Positions 58,600 through 64,000 of a DNA stretch of 64,000 nucleotides are shown piece by piece (the stretch's first letter is position 1; every line of letters begins with the position of its first letter). The stretch comes from the human T2T-CHM13v2.0 reference genome, Homo sapiens. The DNA is taken from the NCBI RefSeq assembly GCF_009914755.1, contig NC_060947.1; one strand, 5' to 3'. The notes below the pieces were generated by a model. That model made no database searches. It saw only the letters and a list, made by a program, of their open reading frames with translations, and was not told the DNA's origin. A program made the position numbers and the translations under genes.

Positions 58600-61500
58600 T
58601 CTTTTTTTTCTAATTTTAATTTTTAAGTTTTGTGGGTACACAGTAGGTGTATATATTTCTCGGTTACATGAGATATTTGATACAGGCATGCAGTGTGTTA
58701 CCACATCAGGGTAAATGGGGGTATTTATCACCTCAAGCATTTATCCTTTGTGTTACAAAAAATCCAATTATACACTTTCAGTTATTTAAAAATGTACAGT
58801 TAAATTATTTTTTATTATAGCCACCTGTTGTGCTATCAAATACTAGGTCTTATTCATTCTTTCTAACTATCTTTTTGTACCCCTTAAGCATTCTCACTGC
58901 CCCCAACTCCACCCTTCCCAGTCTCTGGTGAGCATCTTTCTACTCTCCATTTCATGAGTTCAATTGTTTTAATTTTTAGCTTCCACAAATAAGTGAGAAC
59001 ATGTGAAGTTTGTCTCTCTATGCCTTACTTATTTTACTTAACATAATGACCTCTGGTTCTGTCCACGTTGTTGCAAATACAAGATCTCATTATTTTTTAT
59101 GGCTGAATAGTACTGCATTGTGTACATGTACTGCATTTTCTTTATCCATTCATCTGTTGATGGACACTTAACTTTGCTTCCAAATCTTGGCTATTGCGAA
59201 TAGTGCTGCAAAACCATGAGCGTTCAGATATCTCTTCAGTATACAGATTTCTTTTCTTTTGGGTATATACCTAGGAGTGGGATTGCTGGATTTTATGGTA
59301 GCTTTATTTTTAGTTTCTTGAGGAACCTCCAAACTATTCTCCATAGTGGCTGTACTAATTTACATTCCCACCAACAGTGTAGAAGTGTTCCCATTTCTCT
59401 ACATCCTCACCAGCATTCATTATTTCCGGACTTTGTGGATAAAAATCATTTTAACTGGGGTGAGATATCTCATTGTAGTTTTGATTTGCATTTCCCTGAT
59501 GATCAATGGTGTTGAGCATCTTTTCATATGCCTATTTGCCATTTGTATGTCTTCTTTTGAGAAATGTCTATTCAGATCTTTTTCCCATTTTAAATCGGAT
59601 GATTAGACTTTTTCCTATAGAGTTGTTTGAATTCCTTATATATTCTGGTTATTAATCCCTTGTCAGATGGGTAGCTTGCAAATATTTTCTCCCATTCTGT
59701 GGGTTGTCTTTTCACTTTGTTGATTGTTTCGTTTGCTGTGCAGAAGCTTTTTAACTTGATGTGATCCCATTTGTCCATTTTCGCTTTGGTTGCTTGTGCC
59801 TGTGAGGTATTATTCAAGAAGTCTTTGCCCAGACAAATGTCCTGGAAAGTTTCCCCAGTGTTTTCTTTCAGCAGTTTTATAGTTTGAGGTCTTAAGTCTT
59901 TAATCCATTTTGATTGGATTTTTGTATGTGGCAAGAGATAGAGATCTCGTTTCATTCTTCTGCATGCAGATGTTAAGTTTTCCCAGCACGATTTATTGAA
60001 AAGACTGTCCTTTTCCTAAGGTGTGTTCTTGAAACCTGTGTTGAAAATGAGTTTACTATAGATGTATGGATTTGTTTCTGGGTTCTCTATTCTGTTTCAC
60101 TGGCCTATGTCTCTATTTTTATGCTAGTAACATGCTGTTTTGGTTACAACAGCTCTGGGGTATAATTTGAAGTTAGGTAATGTGATTCCTACAGTTTTGT
60201 TCTTTTTGCTTAGGATAGCTTTGGCCATTCTGGGTCTTCTGTGGTTCCATATAAATTTTAGGATAGTCTTTTCTATTTCTGTGAAGAATGTCATTGATAT
60301 TTTCATAGGGATTACATTAAATCTGTGAATTGCTTTGGGTAGTATGGACATTTAACAATATTGATTCCTCTAAACCATGAACATGGAATATCTATCCATT
60401 TTATTGCATCTTCTTTAATTTCTTGCATCAGCAGTTTATAGTTTTCATTGTACAGATCTTTCACTTTTTTGGTTAATTCCTAGGTGCTTAATTTTATTTG
60501 TAGCTATTATATATGAGATTACTTTTTAAATTTCTTTTTCAGAGTGTTCAATTTGGCATATAAAAATGCTACTAATTTTTTATGTTGATTTTGTATCCTG
60601 AAACTTTACTGAATTGGTTTATCAGTTGTAATAGTCCTTTTTTGGTGGAATCCTTAGGTTTTTCCAAATATAAGATCATATCACCTGCAAATAAGGATAA
60701 TTTGACTTTCCCCTTTCAAATTTGGATGCTTTTTATTTCTTTCTCTTGTCTAATTGCTCTAGCTAGGACTTCCAGTACTATATTGAACAACAGTGGTGAA
60801 AGTAGACATCCTTGTCCTATTCCCAATCTTAGAGGAAAGGCTTTCAGTTTTTCCCCAATCAATATGATACTAGCTATAGATCTATCATATATGGCTTTTA
60901 TTATGTTGAGGTATGTTCCTTCTACACCCAGTTTTTTGAGGGTTTTCATCATGAAGAGATGTTGGACTTTGTCAAATGCCTTTTCTACATCAATCGAAAT
61001 GATCATATGGCTTTTGTCCTTCATTCTGTTGACATGATGTATCACATTAATTTATTTTCACATGTTGAATCATCCTTGTATCCTTGGGATAAATCCCACT
61101 TGGCCATGATGGATGATCTTTTCAGTGTTTTGTTAAGTTCGCTAGTGTTTTATGGAGGATTTTCTCATCAATATTCATCAGTGATATTGGCCTAGAGTTT
61201 CTGATGTATCTTTTTGTTGGTTTTGATATCAGGATAATACTGGCCTTGTAGAATTTAGTTTGGAACTATTTCCTCCTCTATTTTTCAGAATAGTTTGAGT
61301 AGGATTGGTATTAGTTCTTCTTTAAGAACTAATATTTGCTAGAATTCAGCAGTGAAGCCATCGAGTCCTGGGCTTTTATTTTTGGGAGACTTTGTATTAT
61401 GACTCTGATCTTCTTACGTGCTATTGTTCTTTTCAGGTTTTGGACTTCATGGTTCAATCTTGGTAGGTTGTATGTGTCTAGGAATTTATCGATTTCTTCT

Positions 61501-63940
61501 AGATTTTCCAATTTATTGCCATATAGTTGCTCATAGTAGCCACTAATGATCCTTTCAGTTTCTGTGGTATCAACTGTATCATTTTCATCTCTGATTTTAT
61601 CTATTTGTATTTTCTCTCTTTTTTGTCAATTTTGTTTATCTTTTCAAAAACCAACTTTTTGTTTCATTGATTTTTTGTATTGTTTTATTCATTTCAATTG
61701 TATCTATTTATGCAATCATCTTTATTATGTCTTTTCTACTAATTTTCAGCTTGGTTTGCTCTTAATTTTCTTGTTCTTTAGGGTGTATTCTTAGGTTGTT
61801 TCTTTGAAGTTTTTCATCTTTTTTGATGTAGGCAGCTATAGCTGTAAAGTTCCCTCTTAGTACTGCTTTCACTGCATCCCATAGGTTTTGGTGTATTGTG
61901 TTTCCATTATCAATTGTTTCCAGAAATTTTTCAATTTCCTTCTTAATTTCTTCACTGACCCACAGGTCATTCCTGAGCATATGGTTTAATTTCCACATGT
62001 TTGCATAGTTTTGAAAATTCCTCCTGTTATTGATTCCTAGTTTCATTCCATTGTGGTCAGAGAAGATGCTTGACGTTATTTCAATTTTTTGAATGTTTTA
62101 ACACTTGTTTTGTAATCTAACGTAGGGTCTTTCCTTGACAATAATACACGTGCTGAGGAGAAGAATGTGTATTCTGTAACCATTGAATGAAATCTGTGCA
62201 TATGTATTAGGTTCATTTATTCTATGGTGCAGATTAAGCCTGATGATTCATTGTTGATTTTCTGTCTGGGAGATCTGTCTAGTGCTGGAAGTTGGGTGTT
62301 GAAGTCTCCAGCTATGATTGTATTGGGGTCTATCTCTCTCTGTAGCTCTACTAATATTTGCTTTATATATCTGGGTTCTCCAGTGTTGGGTGCATATATA
62401 TTTAAAATTGTTATCTCCTCTGGCTGAATTGACGTCTTTAACCTTATACAGTGACCTTCTTTGTCTCTTTTTATTTTTGTCTAGAAATCTATTTTGTGTC
62501 ATGTAAGTATAGCTAGCCCTATTGTTTTTTGGTTTTCATTGGCGTGGAATATCTATTTCCATCCCTTTATATTCAGTCTATGTGTATTTTTATAGACAAT
62601 GTGTGTTTCTTATAGGCAACAGATTTTTGGTTCTTATTTTTTAATCCATTCAGTCACTTTATGTCTTTTGATTAGAGAGTTTAGTGCATTCACATTCAAT
62701 ACTATTATTAATAAGAACTTACTCCTGCCATTTTATTATTTGTTTTCCTGTCTTATCTTCCTTCTTTCCTTCCTTCCTGTCTTCCTTTCAGTGAAGGTTA
62801 TTTTCTCTGGTAGTATGATTTAATTTTTTGCTTTTTATTTTTTTGTGTATTCATTATATATTTTCTGATTTGAGGTTACCATGAGGCTTGAAAATATTAT
62901 CTTATAACCCAGTATTTTTAGCTGATTACAACATCACACTGCTTGCATAAACAAACAAACAAACAGACAGACATGCTAAAAGAAAACTAATAAAAGCTCT
63001 ATACCTTAACTTAATCCCCTGGGTTTTTTAACTTTTTGTTGTTTCTACTTATATCTTATTGTACTGTCTGTGTTTTGAACAGTTGTTATAGATATTATTT
63101 TTGATTGGTTCATTTTTAATCTTTCTACTTACGATAAGAGTAGTTTACATACCACAGTTACATTGTTATAATATTCCGCATTTTTCTTTATACTTACTGT
63201 TACCCGTGAATTCTGTACCATCAGATGATTTCTCATTGCTCATTAACCTCCTTTTCTTTCTGATTGAAATACTCCCTTTAGCATATATTGTAGGACAGGT
63301 GATAAAATCCCTCAGCTTTTGTCTGGGATATTCCTTTTTATTTGTTTGTTTTTGAGACAGGGTCTCGCTCTGTCACCCAGGCTGGAATACCGTGGCATGA
63401 TCTTGGCTCACTGCAACCTCTGCCTCCGGGGTTCAAGTGATGCTCATGTCTCAGCCTCCCAAGTAGCTGGGATTACAGACATGCACCACCACGCCCAGCT
63501 AATTTTTGTATTTTTAGTAGAGACAGCGTTTTCCCATGTTGACCAGGCTGGTCTCGAACTCCTGGCCTCAAATGATCTGCCTGCCTCAGCCTCCCAAAGT
63601 GCTGGGATTACAGGTGTGAGCCACCATGCCCGGCCCAGATATCCTTTATTATTGTTATCTTTCGTGTTTGAAGGATATTTTTACTGGATATACTATTGTG
63701 AGATAAAAGTTTTTCTCCTTCAGCACTTTAAATTTGCCATGCCACTCTCACCTTGCCTGTAAGGTTTCCACTGAAGAGTCTGCTGCCAGATGTATTGGAG
63801 CTTTATTGTATGTTATTTGTTTATTTTCTGTTGCTGGTTGTAGGATCCTTTCCTTGTCCTTGATCTTCAGGAGTTTCATTATTACATGCCTTGAGGTAGT
63901 CTTCAAATCTGCTTGGTGTTCTATAACCTTCTTTTACTTG
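58600..63940 (-). mobile_element. Long L1MA (L1MA2/3-like), decayed
   Basis: 3'UTR CACATCAGGGTAAATGGGG...CCTCAAGCATTTATCC; many minus-strand ORF2 fragments; extends toward ORF1. Confidence 0.88.
63336..63636 (-). mobile_element. Older Alu (AluJb/early S) inserted in L1MA
   Basis: Full dimer; flanks GATATTCCTTT / GATATCCTTT. Confidence 0.9.
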
Positions 63941-64000
63941 TGAAGTGATCTGATTGTCTGGGGTAACACCCAAAGTTCTAGGTCTCATGGCCATAAAGAT
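63940..64000. mobile_element. Possible start of an ERV1-type LTR, cut by the window edge
   Basis: L1 similarity stops abruptly at TG; GGGGTAACACCCAAAGTTC...GTCTCA resembles LTR termini. Confidence 0.35.

Overview
This is primate (ape-like) non-coding DNA, intergenic or intronic. I found no host protein-coding gene, tRNA, rRNA or CRISPR array, and every long ORF I can assign comes from LINE-1. Most of the window is transposon relics: a full-length decayed L1PB1 (1.9-8.3 kb); two young 5'-truncated L1PA2/3-like copies in inverted orientation (11.9-14.6 kb and 31.0-33.7 kb); a twin-primed L1PA; a long L1MA; a Charlie-type hAT fossil with readable transposase motifs; and Alus, THE1/MST/MLT LTRs, MER2/MER5/MER63, L2 and MIR. 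Four signals go beyond standard repeat annotation. (1) A ~385-bp local inverted duplication (43544-43928 vs 45045-45430, ~90% identical by hand count) with a nested palindromic hairpin at its outer junction. (2) An isolated long hairpin at 22450-22550 with a perfect 21-bp core. (3) A 105-bp orphan retroposed fragment with an 18-bp TSD inside a MER5. (4) Seven non-canonical ORF2p substitutions, including YLG->YLA, shared by both young L1s. Subfamily names come from recalled consensus sequences and need RepeatMasker/Dfam confirmation. Boundaries of old elements are approximate.
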